The notes under the pieces: generated by a model
The model's database searches: none
What the model saw: only the letters and a program-made list of their open reading frames with translations
What the model was told of the DNA's origin: nothing
Virus record (IMG/VR): IMGVR_UViG_3300045988_054045
Direction: 5' to 3' (one strand)
Length of the DNA stretch: 64,000 nucleotides
Source of the DNA: a virus
Shown: positions 1-10,753 of the stretch, one piece after another
Position numbering within the stretch: the stretch's first letter is position 1
Layout: each line of letters begins with the position of its first letter
Program-made: the position numbers and the translations under genes

Positions 1-21
1 TATTGTTATCTTATATAATTA

Positions 22-2067
22 TTAAACTACTTTATTTAGTGTCCTGAAGCCCACATTAGGATGAGCATAGCCGACCCCAGCATGAGAAGAGAAGCAGCCA
101 AGACCAGCAGTACCACCATAAAGAGCGCGGCCGCCAACGAAGAGCGTTCTTAATGCTGTGCTTGATGCATTGCAATAGTGGTAGTCACACATATATGTCG
201 TAGCTGAACCACCTACAGCAGAAGGGATTATCTCACCCTTTTCTCCAAGGTCAAATGCCTTTGTCCAACCATCAGATGCTACCTCTGTCCCTGCAACAGT
301 CATCTTGCCCTTAGCAGTGTTATCATCACCAAATGCTGATGTGTCAGTTGTAGTGTATACAGTACTTGGTTGATTAGCTTCTGTTCTTTCAAGGATAATA
401 CCATCTAAGTTAGTCCAGATGTCTCCGAATGGATTATCAAATCCTCTCCATCTTGGAACTTTAAATGTCTTAGTAGCTACTGTTACAGTTTCACTTACTA
501 CAGTCTCAGGAATTACTAAGTCTTTAACACCAGTAAAGTTACCAAACTCATTGCAATATCCACATGGAGTTAAAGGATAATAACCGTTATAGTTATTCCA
601 GCTAGTTCCATCCCATGTAGTAACACCATCTCCTAAACCACCTTGATGATAACCTTCAGCAGTTAACTCAGCATTATATGCAGCTTGAGAGTTAAATGTT
701 GCATACTCAATAACCCAAGCCCAGTAGAATATCCACTTGTAATACTCATAGCATAGCATTTCAGAACCAGCATTAGTAGCATAAGTTCTCATGTTAGCTC
801 TTGAGATATTAGTTCTAGGCTTACCTAAATCACTTCTGAATGCGTCTGTATCTAGGTATGTATCATTAGCAGTTCTATTACCTCCACCTCTGAATTGGGC
901 AGTAGTATTAACTACAGAGACTGCTTTTGGAGTTGCAGAAGTTGTAGTGTCGACTGTACTTCTATAAGCATCAATTAACATTTCAGGAATCTCTATCCAA
1001 GTATCATCCATCTTAATGGTAGATATTCTCACCCATTTCTTATTAGAGTCTTGTACATTAGTTCCAGATTTACCATAGAACTTAGGTGTGTGTACTCTTA
1101 CTGTACCATCAGTTCCATCAAGTACTGAATCCTCACCTGTAATCTTCTTACTCCAATCATTTGGGTCTAGATAATAGTTAATCACACCATTGTTAGCTAC
1201 ACAGCCCTTGTATTGTGATTGTATAGGTAGTGACTTGTGAAGTAGAGGATTACCAATTCTAGTTAATGCAGGGTCAGCTACAGTAGTATCCCACTCTACA
1301 CCATAAGAATAAATATCTTCTAGACCTGTGTAATCAATAGTTCCACCTCCGCCACCTTGATTGTCTTGCCACTCTGCTGTGCCATCTCCAGTGTTTACCA
1401 GAATTTGTCCTGGTGTACCTCCTGCTGGAATGTGCTTATTACCAGCTGTGGTAGGGTGTGTATAGTTATTAGCATTGTCTGCTATCCCACTCAGCTTAGT
1501 TTTCTCAGCTGTTGTATAATCTTCTGTAGATAATTGTTTACCTTCAACCTTATCCACCTTGTTAGCTATCTTTGCCACTTCTTGCTTCTCAGCTGTTGTG
1601 TAGTCGTTAGTAGATAACTGCTTACCGTCTACCTTATCAACTTTTAGAGCAATAGCAGCTGTGCTTCTTGCCTCAGAATCCTCAATAGCTTTATCTACCT
1701 GTGTCTTGTTGTAGTAGCCTGTAAGGTCTACTTCTACGTGTTTATTACCTAAGAACTCCCAACCAGTTTTCTCAGTAGTAACCATCCATATATACTCATC
1801 GTATACATCATTAGCTCTAGAGCTTTCATTAGGAACCATGTAAATGGTATTGGGATTACCCTTAGCTGGTAGTTCTGTAACAACAAGAACCTTACCTCCT
1901 GCATCAGCTATTGCATCAGTTACCCATTGTTCTGTAGCTAAACCTTCAATTACTTTATTAACAGTAGTTGACTTATTAGCCCCATTCTGAACAATAGGAA
2001 TTAACTCATCACCAGCTAGTGTTGTAGCAGGGGTCATTTGAGAGATTTTAATGTCAGTTGCTGCCAT
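22..2067 (-). CDS. tail fibre protein
   Basis: 681-aa ORF and last gene of the structural operon. N-terminal ISQMTPATTLAGDELIPIVQNG-type fibre motif. Two 28-aa KVDKV(D/E)GKQLST(N/E)DYTTAEK repeats. Confidence 0.7.
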   Translation of the reverse strand: MAATDIKISQMTPATTLAGDELIPIVQNGANKSTTVNKVIEGLATEQWVTDAIADAGGKVLVVTELPAKGNPNTIYMVPNESSRANDVYDEYIWMVTTEKTGWEFLGNKHVEVDLTGYYNKTQVDKAIEDSEARSTAAIALKVDKVDGKQLSTNDYTTAEKQEVAKIANKVDKVEGKQLSTEDYTTAEKTKLSGIADNANNYTHPTTAGNKHIPAGGTPGQILVNTGDGTAEWQDNQGGGGGTIDYTGLEDIYSYGVEWDTTVADPALTRIGNPLLHKSLPIQSQYKGCVANNGVINYYLDPNDWSKKITGEDSVLDGTDGTVRVHTPKFYGKSGTNVQDSNKKWVRISTIKMDDTWIEIPEMLIDAYRSTVDTTTSATPKAVSVVNTTAQFRGGGNRTANDTYLDTDAFRSDLGKPRTNISRANMRTYATNAGSEMLCYEYYKWIFYWAWVIEYATFNSQAAYNAELTAEGYHQGGLGDGVTTWDGTSWNNYNGYYPLTPCGYCNEFGNFTGVKDLVIPETVVSETVTVATKTFKVPRWRGFDNPFGDIWTNLDGIILERTEANQPSTVYTTTDTSAFGDDNTAKGKMTVAGTEVASDGWTKAFDLGEKGEIIPSAVGGSATTYMCDYHYCNASSTALRTLFVGGRALYGGTAGLGCFSSHAGVGYAHPNVGFRTLNKVV
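1477..1644 (-). repeat. tandem 84-nt (28-aa) fibre repeat, 2 copies, inside the tail fibre gene
   Basis: aa 142-169 and 170-197 of the fibre ORF are near-identical. Confidence 0.8.
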
Positions 2068-2486
2068 TATTCAAATAAAATTAAATCACCATTTTCTGTA
2101 ACCATAAATTTACCATCTTCTAATATAATGTTTGCCAAATCCCTAAAGATTAGACCTCCATCTTCTGTAAGTATATTAACGCCAATTTCAGCAAGAATAT
2201 TTCTAGTAACATCAGTGAGATATATATCTCCATTTTCTAGTTTCCACTTATCCACTATATAGGACTCATGTCCTTGTCGTTTAACTATTAATGGATAACT
2301 ACTATTCTCAAATCCCTTTAATATTACTTGTCCATTGGCATCAGTTATATACTCTTTACCCTTAAAGATAACTATAGCACCTACTAAGGGTAATCCAGTA
2401 CCTCTGTCTATAATTCTAACTACAACTGAGATAACCTTTAAATTAGCCCTCCCAATATGGTTACCAATGCCAATATAAATTCCCAT
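2067..2486 (-). CDS. hypothetical structural protein (139 aa)
   Basis: ORF abuts the fibre gene start and sits in the structural operon. Confidence 0.55.
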   Translation of the reverse strand: MGIYIGIGNHIGRANLKVISVVVRIIDRGTGLPLVGAIVIFKGKEYITDANGQVILKGFENSSYPLIVKRQGHESYIVDKWKLENGDIYLTDVTRNILAEIGVNILTEDGGLIFRDLANIILEDGKFMVTENGDLILFE

Positions 2487-2487
2487 G

Positions 2488-2751
2488 TTAGTTACCTACT
2501 TGTAATGTACTTTCAGGTACAGCTTTAATCCCTATAACTAATTCAGGATTCCATCCTGGATAGAATACAGTAGATACATACTGACCTTCCGAATCTTTTA
2601 ATAACACCTCTACAGTTACATTATCATCAGTAATGTTCTTAACAAGAACAGCATTACTTCCATAAGGTAACTCAAAGTCACCTGCAGGCAGTAGATATAG
2701 TCTACTTACTTGCAGGGAGGTTGGTCTTTCATTTTGATTGAGATTTATCAT
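2488..2751 (-). CDS. hypothetical protein (87 aa)
   Basis: Tightly packed between the portal gene and the 139-aa ORF. Confidence 0.5.
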   Translation of the reverse strand: MINLNQNERPTSLQVSRLYLLPAGDFELPYGSNAVLVKNITDDNVTVEVLLKDSEGQYVSTVFYPGWNPELVIGIKAVPESTLQVGN

Positions 2752-2753
2752 TC

Positions 2754-4976
2754 TTATGCGTTTTTAACTTCGTTATTCATTTGATTACCATCAAACAGTT
2801 GAGCATACTCAATATCTGTTCTCTTAGTATCATTCTCAGCATCACTCTGTGACTTGTCTCTTTGAGTCCTAGCATTGTACCAGTTAATATCAGCTTCGTT
2901 TTGAACCTTCTGTCTTTCAATTTCCAACTTAGCCTCATTAAGACTTTCAATCTTACCTTGAGCCTGTTGAAGTTGTTGTTGAAGTTGCTGATTCTGTTGT
3001 TGTAATTGTTCAAGCTGCTGTTGTAATTGCCCCATCTCATTCATCTCCTTTTTCTTCTTAGAAAAGGCTTTAGTAACCTTTACTTTAAGCTCAGTAAGAC
3101 TTCTAGCTGTCAGAGCATCTACAATCATATCGGGGTCTAATTGACCACTCTTAATAAGCTCTATAATTACTTGTTGTATGTTTTGCATCTCCTTCATAAT
3201 CTGGGTACTTGGTACAATATGTACATCATAATCAGTATGAGTAAAATGCTCTGGTAATGCTGTAAATACCTTCTGCAACTTATCACCAAGAATTAGAGTT
3301 CCAGTTAATCCCTTCTTCCATACTATCTTAGCCATGTCAATACAATCTCTAAGTATATCTATTGACAACGTATCCATAGTCTGATAGAAAGGTTTAGTAA
3401 TAGTATAGGAGTTTCTAGCCCCAGCTTCTACATTACTAACTGCATCTTTCTGTTGAATACCATTTAACCTTTCCCTAAATACACCAGTAATAGATGATGT
3501 TTGGTCTTCCACTCTTTGTAAGGCTAGGTCAAATGCCTGTATAGTTTGAACCTTAATAGTATCAGTAAATCCAGCAAATGAGGTATTGTTATTAAATGCT
3601 CTACCTTCCTGACTTGTATCTACTAAAGCAACTCCAGTCTTTTTAAAGGCTATCCACTTTTGTATTCTCTCAGTAAGGTCATCGCCTAATATAGTAGGAA
3701 GCATTGATAAGTCTAACCAGTCACCATCTGTACCACTATTAGCAAGAATATTATCCCTGAAATATGTAATTAAGTCATACTTATCTTGCAGGTGAGCACA
3801 TTGTAGTACTAAGGATTGTGGAACATTGTCTCTATTAACAAGATATACACCATTAACAGATAATCCGCATTTAGTTGGGGCATCCTTAGTCCTAATAACA
3901 TTCTCTGATTTACCAGTAAGAACGTATATAGATTGTCCTATTCTTACCCCCTCGTATCTATTCTGAACATATTCATCTCCTTCTTTGTCAATGTCAATCC
4001 ATTCTATTTCATAAACAGGTAATAGTTTATAGTTAAATGACTCATAAGTATCAGCTGGGAATCCTGGAACAATACCTTTACCAGCATCTAATCCAGCCCC
4101 TTCGCCTTCCATAATAGGTCTACATCCAACTTGATTCTCCATAGCTCTAATATACATATAAGAACTATCAGAGTAGTGTTCATACATATCCTCTAACTCA
4201 GCCCTACTTTCGTCACTCAAGTCCTTACCATATTCAACTAGTATCTGCTGCTTGGTCATCCATTTCCTAATTACAACTCTGTAACTATCCTTTACATAAG
4301 GTGACTCTGGATTTCTATCAACAAATGTGTTTAATGGATTGAGAACGTCAATACTAATATTAGTACCACTTGCTGACGGTTTAACCTTGTAGAATGAACA
4401 GCCAGTAACAAGTAAGTCTAACAGTAATGCTTTTAGTTTATTAGCTAAGTCAGTATTTCTAGACTGAATTACATATTCAATAACATTCTGAGCTGCTATT
4501 TCATAGTCACTAATAAAGTTATTATTAATATCCTCAATCAGTTTCTCAATATCAGCCTCAACAGATGCATCACTAACATTACCTCCACCTATAAAGGACA
4601 GTATTTGGTTATTTAGATGCTTTTGTAAGAATGTATATACTTGCTGACTTATCTCTAATTCCTTCTGCCTAGTAATCTTAGAGATTGTTTCCTTGTCTTT
4701 ACAAGATACTTTCGGAAGAATTGGAATATCTAAATACTCTCCAATTAAAGCATCAACGTGTTTCTTTATAAGAGGAGTGAACTCAATAGAAGTAGGATTA
4801 CCTATTCCAAAGTTTTCTTCAAGATACCTAAATTGCTCGGCATCTCTCTTACCGTTATAATAGTTGTATGCCTTCTGTAATTTCCATTTGTTGAAGACTA
4901 ACTCATTTACAGCTTTGTCAATCTTCTCTATCAAATAATCATCACTTCTTTTGTTTGCACCCATCTTCGTAATCAT
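2754..4976 (-). CDS. portal protein (probable)
   Basis: 740-aa ORF just downstream of the large terminase. Size, position and a Q-rich coiled-coil C-terminus (QQLEQLQQQNQQLQQQLQQ) fit a portal. Confidence 0.6.
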   Translation of the reverse strand: MITKMGANKRSDDYLIEKIDKAVNELVFNKWKLQKAYNYYNGKRDAEQFRYLEENFGIGNPTSIEFTPLIKKHVDALIGEYLDIPILPKVSCKDKETISKITRQKELEISQQVYTFLQKHLNNQILSFIGGGNVSDASVEADIEKLIEDINNNFISDYEIAAQNVIEYVIQSRNTDLANKLKALLLDLLVTGCSFYKVKPSASGTNISIDVLNPLNTFVDRNPESPYVKDSYRVVIRKWMTKQQILVEYGKDLSDESRAELEDMYEHYSDSSYMYIRAMENQVGCRPIMEGEGAGLDAGKGIVPGFPADTYESFNYKLLPVYEIEWIDIDKEGDEYVQNRYEGVRIGQSIYVLTGKSENVIRTKDAPTKCGLSVNGVYLVNRDNVPQSLVLQCAHLQDKYDLITYFRDNILANSGTDGDWLDLSMLPTILGDDLTERIQKWIAFKKTGVALVDTSQEGRAFNNNTSFAGFTDTIKVQTIQAFDLALQRVEDQTSSITGVFRERLNGIQQKDAVSNVEAGARNSYTITKPFYQTMDTLSIDILRDCIDMAKIVWKKGLTGTLILGDKLQKVFTALPEHFTHTDYDVHIVPSTQIMKEMQNIQQVIIELIKSGQLDPDMIVDALTARSLTELKVKVTKAFSKKKKEMNEMGQLQQQLEQLQQQNQQLQQQLQQAQGKIESLNEAKLEIERQKVQNEADINWYNARTQRDKSQSDAENDTKRTDIEYAQLFDGNQMNNEVKNA

Positions 4977-5256
4977 ATAATTGTATAGCAGTGAAGTATT
5001 TAGTTCTAACTAAACTTCGCTCCTTTAATTCCTTCTCAATAAACTTTATAAATTCTTCAGCTGTACCATCGCACGCAATGGACAGTGGCTTTTCATCTTT
5101 ATTGAGTCCAAGGTCCATTCTATATCCCACGTGCTCAGGTTCTTCCCCTGGAAATTTGTAAGTGGTTTCGTAAACCTTTAGGACTCCCTGATATTCTTTA
5201 CAATATAGAGATTTAATTAAATCTCGGATTGCTTGTTCGATGTCCTGTGTCGTCAT
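4942..5256 (-). CDS. hypothetical protein (104 aa)
   Basis: ORF between terminase and portal that overlaps both neighbours. Confidence 0.4.
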   Translation of the reverse strand: MTTQDIEQAIRDLIKSLYCKEYQGVLKVYETTYKFPGEEPEHVGYRMDLGLNKDEKPLSIACDGTAEEFIKFIEKELKERSLVRTKYFTAIQLYDYEDGCKQKK

Positions 5257-7462
5257 AGTATTGTGTTGGGAATAGATTAAACTTAGGTACTATAGACTGT
5301 TTATCGGGAATAACCCCTTTATGTTTAATTCCATATTCATCAGTCCAGTAACCAAATAGTCTTAACTTTCTCCCTCCGTTATCAGCCTCCTGTGGTGGAA
5401 TACCACTTAACTCTTCATCTCCTAACTCAGCCATACCCATCGCTGCTACAATGTCAAACTTTCTTTTATTCTCATAGGAATAAGTAATAAGTTCATTAAT
5501 CATTGGTTCAAACCACATATTGTGGCAGTAATCATTGATATAGCAATCAATAAGGTCTAACTGGTGTTGAATAACAGCTTCAGTTGCAGGAGCACCAAAT
5601 TGTCTACTTCTACCTGCCTGTATATCGGACTGTGTAGCTCTAGGTCTTCTCATTAAGAATCTCTCTTCTTTCTTCTTGGTTCTAAACCAAGTAAGAATAC
5701 TAATACGAGTAGATTCAAGACAAGCCTTACAGTTATAGTACTCAAGAATTTTGAGGGTTGTTCTATAAGCCTCTTCAAGATTATTAGGTCTGTCTTTGTA
5801 GATACAAACATACATTGGTTCTTGTAGACCAAAGCATCTCTTCTTAACTACTACACAGAAGTCTGACGGGTCTCTTGTATTATCTGATGTATCATTCATA
5901 CCCATGTCAATACCGTCAATACCAGCCACATATAAGTTCCTGAAGTCTGAACCATTCTCACTCTTAATGGGATGTTCAATAATGCAAACCTTACCTTTAT
6001 CACTTGGTATAAACCTTACCCCGTTCTTAGCTTCCTCAGAGTGTACATTGTTTTGGAATGTATATTCCAACTGTCCCCATTTAGGTTTTAACTCTGGAGG
6101 AGTAACCTTATGTAATTTAATAGCAGCTAATTGTTCCGTTAATAATACAGTGTTGAACTGGTTATCACCTTCCAAAGCTAATGCTTCATCTGGAGTAAAA
6201 CAATACTCAGCTGAATATAACATCAATCCTTTAGGGTCGGCAATCTTAGTAGCTCTCTTAGCCATATAAAATTCCTTACCCTTCTCTGGGTCAGTCCAAC
6301 CTCTCTTATCAACATATCCTGGAGCAGTAACAATAGTATATGCAGGAATGAAATATGCTGTCTCAACGTATGTACCTTCCTTAGTATAATTATGTCTATA
6401 AGGAAGAACATCATATCCTTTAGGGTCATGGAATGCGGCAGCTACACCTTCTAATGCAGGACCACTATCACCACCTGTACCCCAAGCTAATTTAATACCG
6501 AATCTCTGTCCCTGAATATCAATAAGAGCATCACCCTGAATGAAAGCTTTCTTCCAATTGGGCCAAGAACCACTTTCCTCGTACATTAGAATATCAGTAC
6601 GGTCACCACGAATCTTATTAGGCTTATCAGCTGTAATTCCTTCAATCTCAGACATCCATCCAGATTCTACACCATCTACATTCTTACTAGAAGCCCTCTT
6701 CCATTTGGCTGTGTTGTGGACCTGCCTTAGTTTTCTCATACCGTCCTCGGTATTATCATCTAGGTATGATAACTGCATCCAGCATTTACTAAGAGTGTCA
6801 TCAACATAACCTTCTTGCTGTGCAGCCACTACTCCTCTAAAGTGTGGTCTAGTAATATAACCATTAATAAGAATAGCAGCAGCTATTTCAGAGAATCCAA
6901 CACCACGAGCTTTCAATCCAATAGCGTTCTTTCTCAGTACCTTACATAGTTCAATGTAATGGAAGTACTCATACTGTTTGACAAAGAAATTGGGGAAGTC
7001 TACTGAACGACCACCACCAGCCTTAGTTGCAGATGATAGATTAGGTAACTGATAGTAGTTAATAAAGAAATAATTATCACCAGTAATAGTATAACCATTT
7101 ACAGTCATACCATTTCTACACCTATCATATTCTTGGTCCCAGAACTCTCCATAAGCCTTACCAAACATTGGTTCATTACAATATTTACCAGTAGAGGCTT
7201 TAGTTCTTCTAGCTTCCATAAACCACTCTGGGTCAAAGTCTAGTCCTCTTGTTCCATCAATAGGTCTGTAACCAGTAAGCTCATAAGATAGATTAGAGTC
7301 AAAGTAGTCTATTGGGTCTCCAATTCGTACATCCCATTGAAACTCTGAGAGCTTCTCTTCTAGTACACCAGTAGGTTCCCCTACTTCTGTAACCTTTTCA
7401 ACTAAGGCTTGGACAGTAGGGGATTCTGGTAATTTATTTTTAGGTTTCCTTCCACGTGCCAT
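5213..7462 (-). CDS. terL: terminase large subunit
   Basis: 749 aa. ATPase-like GLKARGVGFSE and ILMYEESG motifs. RNaseH-like nuclease motif YVAGIDGIDMG. Adjacent to the portal gene. Confidence 0.75.
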   Translation of the reverse strand: MARGRKPKNKLPESPTVQALVEKVTEVGEPTGVLEEKLSEFQWDVRIGDPIDYFDSNLSYELTGYRPIDGTRGLDFDPEWFMEARRTKASTGKYCNEPMFGKAYGEFWDQEYDRCRNGMTVNGYTITGDNYFFINYYQLPNLSSATKAGGGRSVDFPNFFVKQYEYFHYIELCKVLRKNAIGLKARGVGFSEIAAAILINGYITRPHFRGVVAAQQEGYVDDTLSKCWMQLSYLDDNTEDGMRKLRQVHNTAKWKRASSKNVDGVESGWMSEIEGITADKPNKIRGDRTDILMYEESGSWPNWKKAFIQGDALIDIQGQRFGIKLAWGTGGDSGPALEGVAAAFHDPKGYDVLPYRHNYTKEGTYVETAYFIPAYTIVTAPGYVDKRGWTDPEKGKEFYMAKRATKIADPKGLMLYSAEYCFTPDEALALEGDNQFNTVLLTEQLAAIKLHKVTPPELKPKWGQLEYTFQNNVHSEEAKNGVRFIPSDKGKVCIIEHPIKSENGSDFRNLYVAGIDGIDMGMNDTSDNTRDPSDFCVVVKKRCFGLQEPMYVCIYKDRPNNLEEAYRTTLKILEYYNCKACLESTRISILTWFRTKKKEERFLMRRPRATQSDIQAGRSRQFGAPATEAVIQHQLDLIDCYINDYCHNMWFEPMINELITYSYENKRKFDIVAAMGMAELGDEELSGIPPQEADNGGRKLRLFGYWTDEYGIKHKGVIPDKQSIVPKFNLFPTQYYDDTGHRTSNPRFN

Positions 7463-7463
7463 G

Positions 7464-8051
7464 TTACTTTAGTTTAGGTACATATCCTTCAACTGCACCA
7501 GCACGAAGACCTGTAGCAGCCTTCTGTTTCTTCTTAATACGAGCTTCTAAAGCATCTAATTCATCCAATACTTTAGATATAGATGACATTTCCCCAATAA
7601 CATCTTTAGCTTTAAATATAGGCTTACCAGTAATTGGGTCACGTTCCTGTAAATCAGAACCTTCATTGAAATAATCAATTAGTTCATCTACCTTATTCTG
7701 AGCTGCCCTTATTAATTTAATGTCTCTTGCTGATTCCTGTATCTCTCTATATTTTCTACACGCTGCCCTAAATAGAGGGTCATTAAATTCCTCCTCTGTA
7801 ATGCCACTATCTTGTTTGGCTGCTTCATTACGTTCAGCTTCAGTAAATTGTGAATAGTGTGATTGCCAATCAATCATTAGGTACATATACGTGAACTCTC
7901 TAAAGGCTCTAGTTTTCTTAGTGCCCTTTGGGTCTTCTTTGGTGATATTTCTATCATTAGTCCATAACTCAGAGAACTCCTTAATAAGAAGAATCTCTGG
8001 TTCGTTTAGCCTTAATTCGTGATTTACATTATCATATAGAAATATTGTCAT
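7464..8051 (-). CDS. hypothetical protein (195 aa), upstream of terL
   Basis: ORF ends 2 nt before the terL start. Small-terminase position only; no motif seen. Confidence 0.5.
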   Translation of the reverse strand: MTIFLYDNVNHELRLNEPEILLIKEFSELWTNDRNITKEDPKGTKKTRAFREFTYMYLMIDWQSHYSQFTEAERNEAAKQDSGITEEEFNDPLFRAACRKYREIQESARDIKLIRAAQNKVDELIDYFNEGSDLQERDPITGKPIFKAKDVIGEMSSISKVLDELDALEARIKKKQKAATGLRAGAVEGYVPKLK

Positions 8052-8056
8052 AACAA

Positions 8057-8689
8057 TTATTGTTTAATTATACGTCTTTGGATTGAGCCTCCGAAGAAGT
8101 TTTTACCGATGCCTTTATTCTTTACTACATGAGCACCTTCTCCACCTCTACCATTCTCTTGGTCTTTGAGGTCAACTTTTACTTTTTCATTGTGTGGTAA
8201 CTTCTTGTAGTCAGCGGGAGTCATTTTCTTGTAGGGAAGTTTCTTGTTACTAACATTATAAATTCCCTTACTTGTATGAACAGTATCAGCCTTATTAACT
8301 ACAGCACCTTTTTGGTCTTTCTTAACTCTCTTCTTAGCCTTACCTCCACACTTATCTTTAAATATATCTACTACTTTAGCACCCTCAGCTTTCTTCTTGC
8401 ACTTAACACAACCCCCAGCCATATACTTCTCAACCTCGTATCCTTCTGGGCATTCACCTCTAAGGGTTTGAACATAACTTAATTTGGCTCCTAACTTAGC
8501 CATTGAAATTTGATTACCTTCCATTGCTTTGTATTGTTTATAAAACTCTTTTAAATCACTTTCTGATAGCTGTGCTACTTTGTTCTCAAAGTCCGCTGCA
8601 TCTTTAGGGTTTAGGACTTTAATAAGATAGGCAGTGAATGCTTTTTGCTCGTCATTCATCTGCCCACCCTGTTGAAACATACTTATCAT
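8057..8689 (-). CDS. hypothetical Lys-rich protein (210 aa)
   Basis: ORF in the operon with a basic K-rich C-terminal half. Confidence 0.5.
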   Translation of the reverse strand: MISMFQQGGQMNDEQKAFTAYLIKVLNPKDAADFENKVAQLSESDLKEFYKQYKAMEGNQISMAKLGAKLSYVQTLRGECPEGYEVEKYMAGGCVKCKKKAEGAKVVDIFKDKCGGKAKKRVKKDQKGAVVNKADTVHTSKGIYNVSNKKLPYKKMTPADYKKLPHNEKVKVDLKDQENGRGGEGAHVVKNKGIGKNFFGGSIQRRIIKQ

Positions 8690-8913
8690 ACTTTAACTAA
8701 ATCCTTAGTATTGTAGATTGCTTCCTGTAGAACGCCTTCCGTAGAAAACCATCTACATCTAATCCCTTTAAAATAATCTTCTGAAACATTAGGAACACCA
8801 TGAGTTCTTATGTTCATAGTTTCCTTTTTAACCACAATCATTACAGGTTTGTTAGGTATATCTTGTTTAAGAGTTACCACCTCACCTGGCATAAAATAAA
8901 CCTTCTCTTCCAT
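8686..8913 (-). CDS. hypothetical protein (75 aa)
   Basis: 4-nt overlap with the downstream gene. Confidence 0.5.
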   Translation of the reverse strand: MEEKVYFMPGEVVTLKQDIPNKPVMIVVKKETMNIRTHGVPNVSEDYFKGIRCRWFSTEGVLQEAIYNTKDLVKV

Positions 8914-9464
8914 TATTCAATATTCTTAAAACGTTCTGTTAATCCTTCATTAATTACAGCCTGAATTTGCTGTTCAGCTACAACCTCAAACCCTTGTCTG
9001 AAGAATGGAACTGGAACTCCACAAGCACGTCTGTAATAAATATCATCTCCTTCCTTAATGAATTTACATAGTGGACTCACTGCAATTACATTAGCTACAA
9101 CTGATAGATTCTCCTCTTGGTCTTCCTCACCAGAATCTGGATTCTTAAACTTACCAGTATATTCTGGGATAATTAAGCCACTACTAGTAACCTCAATCTT
9201 TTGATAAGGGTTCTTTGCGTATGGTTTAACCAGTACATAGTAGTTAATAGGCATAATCTCCATAGACTGCATCTTCTCAGTCACTTCTTGTGCTTTCTGT
9301 AATTCATCTTTAAGATTTTCATTCAAAGCTCTAGTATAAGCATCTACTGCTTTATTATGTGCTTCTACAGCAGCGTTCTTCTTCATGTCATCAAAACTTT
9401 CAGCTCCAGCAAATCCTACAGCTTTACCACCAAACATTAAATCCATTTGTCCATTACCTCTCAT
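8913..9464 (-). CDS. protein with GroES/gp31-like co-chaperonin domain
   Basis: The YVLVKPY...SSGLIIPE...acidic loop...VANVIAVSP...IKEGDDIYY pattern parallels the GroES RVIVK...GGIVL...GEVLAVG...VKVGD layout. Confidence 0.45.
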   Translation of the reverse strand: MRGNGQMDLMFGGKAVGFAGAESFDDMKKNAAVEAHNKAVDAYTRALNENLKDELQKAQEVTEKMQSMEIMPINYYVLVKPYAKNPYQKIEVTSSGLIIPEYTGKFKNPDSGEEDQEENLSVVANVIAVSPLCKFIKEGDDIYYRRACGVPVPFFRQGFEVVAEQQIQAVINEGLTERFKNIE

Positions 9465-9488
9465 AATACATTCAAAATTTTTAATTTA

Positions 9489-9761
9489 TTACCATTTTCC
9501 TACAGGACAGAACTCATTAGGTAGAGTTGTTTTAGCTCTTAACCTACATCCACATCCATTAATATAACCATCTTTCTTCTCTGTACTTATATCTCCATTA
9601 TCAGGGTTGAGCCACAATTTACTGTTACATATCTCCCCCAATATTACACTCTTTTTATAGAGCTTACATTCCTTACATACACGGATGCGGGCTTCAGACA
9701 TATTCTTGTTAAGCCCTAACATCTCGTTTGTATGCCCATTTAAAATAGCACTAAGACCCAT
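9489..9761 (-). CDS. Cys-rich small protein (90 aa)
   Basis: CKECKLY...C...GCGCRLRAKT...CPVGKW motifs suggest metal binding. Confidence 0.5.
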   Translation of the reverse strand: MGLSAILNGHTNEMLGLNKNMSEARIRVCKECKLYKKSVILGEICNSKLWLNPDNGDISTEKKDGYINGCGCRLRAKTTLPNEFCPVGKW

Positions 9762-9835
9762 AATTTATTCCATTTAGTTCATAAAGTTGCTAATATCTCA
9801 AACCTAGTTGTTTGAAAGATACTCATATAGGTATA

Positions 9836-10753
9836 TTAGAATTCTATAGGTCTTCTGCTATTTTTTCTTGCCTCCAATATGGCTTCTTTCTTGTAGAACT
9901 TACACATTCTTTCTACATCATCTTTTAGGTAATCTAATTCATGTTCTGAAACATTACCCTGATGGTCATAATGTATAAGCATTAATTTCTTAATGACGAA
10001 CTTGGGGTTCAACTTCTGAAGCATCCAAGCATAGGTTGATAATTGTAATGCGTAGTGCATTTTATTACAATCCATAATGTTGTTCATAGGATACTTCATC
10101 ATTTGACATTTCTTAGTCCTCTTATCAAAGAATGATTTGTCGTCTAACTTCTTGTTAGTTTTATAGTCTATGATATAGATGTCATTACCATCCTTAATAA
10201 GTAAGTCAATCTGTCCTGCCAGTCTAAACTTGCCATCCTCAGACTTCCTATATATCATATACTCAGGGAACACTCCCTTCTCAATGTCAAGTAAATCCTG
10301 ATTGTGTTGCATTAATGAATCATTGGTATTTACTTCAAACTTACCTCCAAGTCCAAACTTTTTAAGCTCGCACTGCCTTTTAGAAGTATAATTACTTTCT
10401 AATTCGGCGTGAATTTTAGAACCTCTTTCACAGGATTCAGCATTAGTTTTCTGCCACTCATCTAAGATGTCCTGCTGAGCCTTATTGTAATCGTTACGGG
10501 TAAATCCATACATATTACAGAAATATTCAACATCTATCTTATGGGTATTAAGTAACTGAGATTTCTCAGCCTTAAATTCCTCCGCTGATAACATCTTCTC
10601 TAATGCCTTATAGCCTGACCAGAATTCTTTGTCAAAGTCTTGGCAGAATTTGCCAATTAATGTTGTTACTGATACATATACTCCATTTTCATCCCAGTAC
10701 ATATGCTTCTCATCGTTGTAGCAAACGTTCTGGTTCTGCTTGTCCACTTTCAT
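9836..10753 (-). CDS. PD-(D/E)XK family nuclease (RecB/Cas4-like)
   Basis: GQIDLLIKDGNDIYIIDYKTNKK matches the D...(D/E)xK core. Confidence 0.6.
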   Translation of the reverse strand: MKVDKQNQNVCYNDEKHMYWDENGVYVSVTTLIGKFCQDFDKEFWSGYKALEKMLSAEEFKAEKSQLLNTHKIDVEYFCNMYGFTRNDYNKAQQDILDEWQKTNAESCERGSKIHAELESNYTSKRQCELKKFGLGGKFEVNTNDSLMQHNQDLLDIEKGVFPEYMIYRKSEDGKFRLAGQIDLLIKDGNDIYIIDYKTNKKLDDKSFFDKRTKKCQMMKYPMNNIMDCNKMHYALQLSTYAWMLQKLNPKFVIKKLMLIHYDHQGNVSEHELDYLKDDVERMCKFYKKEAILEARKNSRRPIEF

